From Phoronis australis (lineage: Eukaryota; Animalia; Phoronida), in assembly GCA_002633005.1 (NCBI GenBank), contig NMRA01000225.1:303297-367296 (forward strand): a stretch of DNA of 64,000 nt. Direction: 5' to 3'. The notes under the pieces were generated by a model, which did no database searches, was not told the origin of the DNA, and saw only the letters and a program-made list of their open reading frames with translations. Positions 62,900 to 64,000 of the stretch are shown here, one piece after another; position 1 is the stretch's first letter, and each line of letters starts with the position of its first letter. The translations under genes and the position numbers were made by a program.

Positions 62900-64000
62900 C
62901 AGTACGCCAGTCATGGTGGCTTGTATGGACTGCTCTGCAAGTTCAGTCCTGCATTCATGCAGTGTTCAAAAGGTGGTCAAGGGCTCCAGACCCCCTTTTT
63001 CCCATGATTTTAGCGATATCAAATCTAGAGTCATCAAATTGTTGACTTAAACCCCACCCTTTAAAAATCCTTGATAAGACCCCGCCTTTTGAAAAAATCC
63101 TGGATCCTCCCCTGGTGCAACATGGTTTTCAAGTGACTGTGACTTTGTTTATGTACTAGGATCTTATAAAATGTCCAAGTTTGACTTAGGAGCAATATAT
63201 CTCAGAAATGGCTGATTCGATTCAAATGAAACTTTCGTATACTATCCTTTATGCTTTATACACTGTTTGCCAAAACAATGTTAGAAATAGTTGTTAAAAG
63301 GTTCCACTTTTGCATGAGAAGCTATCTAAAATAGGATGTATAGGATTTTCATGAATTTTTCAAAGCTGCATTAAACGGATTTATAATTTTAAAAACTGCA
63401 GCACTAACAGTGTTTCTGAACTTTTATCTTTGTATGATATGAAATTTAGTCACGTCCTAAGAGTGTACCTTTTGTTTTTTTTGCTAAATTTTCCTAGAAA
63501 ACAAGGCCATGCGTTCTTATTGTTGGCATATTGGTTTTTAAGTCAAAAATCAAATTCTATTGAATGTCTACTTTCAGAAAATATATACTTTTGTTGAAGT
63601 AAAATCTATAGTTTAGTGGATTTTTGACCAAATGTACAGCCTTGTCAGCCAAGTCCAACCTAACCTTATGCAGCTATCAATCTGTCATGTTTATTAATGA
63701 AAAATTGGATTGTAATTTCAGATTATGCTGTTATTGTACAAATGTGTAAGCCAGCAGGCTATTGTTGGGTGACAGTTGACCATGACATTTTTCCTTGGTG
63801 ATTCACAAGTTGCTTACACATCAATACATGTTTAGACATTTCTATTTGACCCCAAGTTGTCCCTAGGTTTGTGGTTTATGGTCTCCAGACAGGCAGAAAT
63901 TAAATGGGTGTAGGAGGACATCTCACAGGATTCCAGTAAAAACATCTTGGAGTGATCTTAAAATTTTGGGACAATAAAAGTCTTATTAGAGAAGTTGAAA

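Noticed and set aside
62970-63114. MITE ending in CCTGGATCCTCCCCTG
   Set aside because: Resembles a common MITE terminus, but no matching left TIR or TSD could be identified.

Overview
AT-rich, intron-rich animal genomic DNA from a draft assembly (383-N gap, single-N joins). Gene content and intron positions suggest an invertebrate deuterostome, which is inference. Most ORF-track entries are spurious; spliced genes were rebuilt by hand with GT-AG sites and phase-consistent frames. In order: (1) the last four exons of a GH13 alpha-glucosidase/SLC3A1(rBAT)-like gene (+, 1001-6907). Its long intron holds a P-superfamily DNA transposon (31-bp TIRs, 7-bp TSD, THAP exon 1), which itself contains a second 18-bp P-like footprint. 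(2) A ~1-kb tandem duplication at an N, probably haplotypic. (3) An intronless orphan class-A GPCR (+, 11232-12188). (4) A 15-exon, strongly diverged neurochondrin-like gene (-, 14529-28511, ~770 aa). (5) A complete 17-exon CDC16/APC6 (-, 31942-45402, ~599 aa), head-to-head across a tiny bidirectional promoter with (6) AKAP14-like (+, 46668-49731, 198 aa). (7) The first coding exon of a Shroom-like PDZ gene (+, 54023-54139); the long intron after it holds a hAT MITE and an unusual pair of interleaved inverted repeats. Family calls rest on recalled motifs, not database searches.
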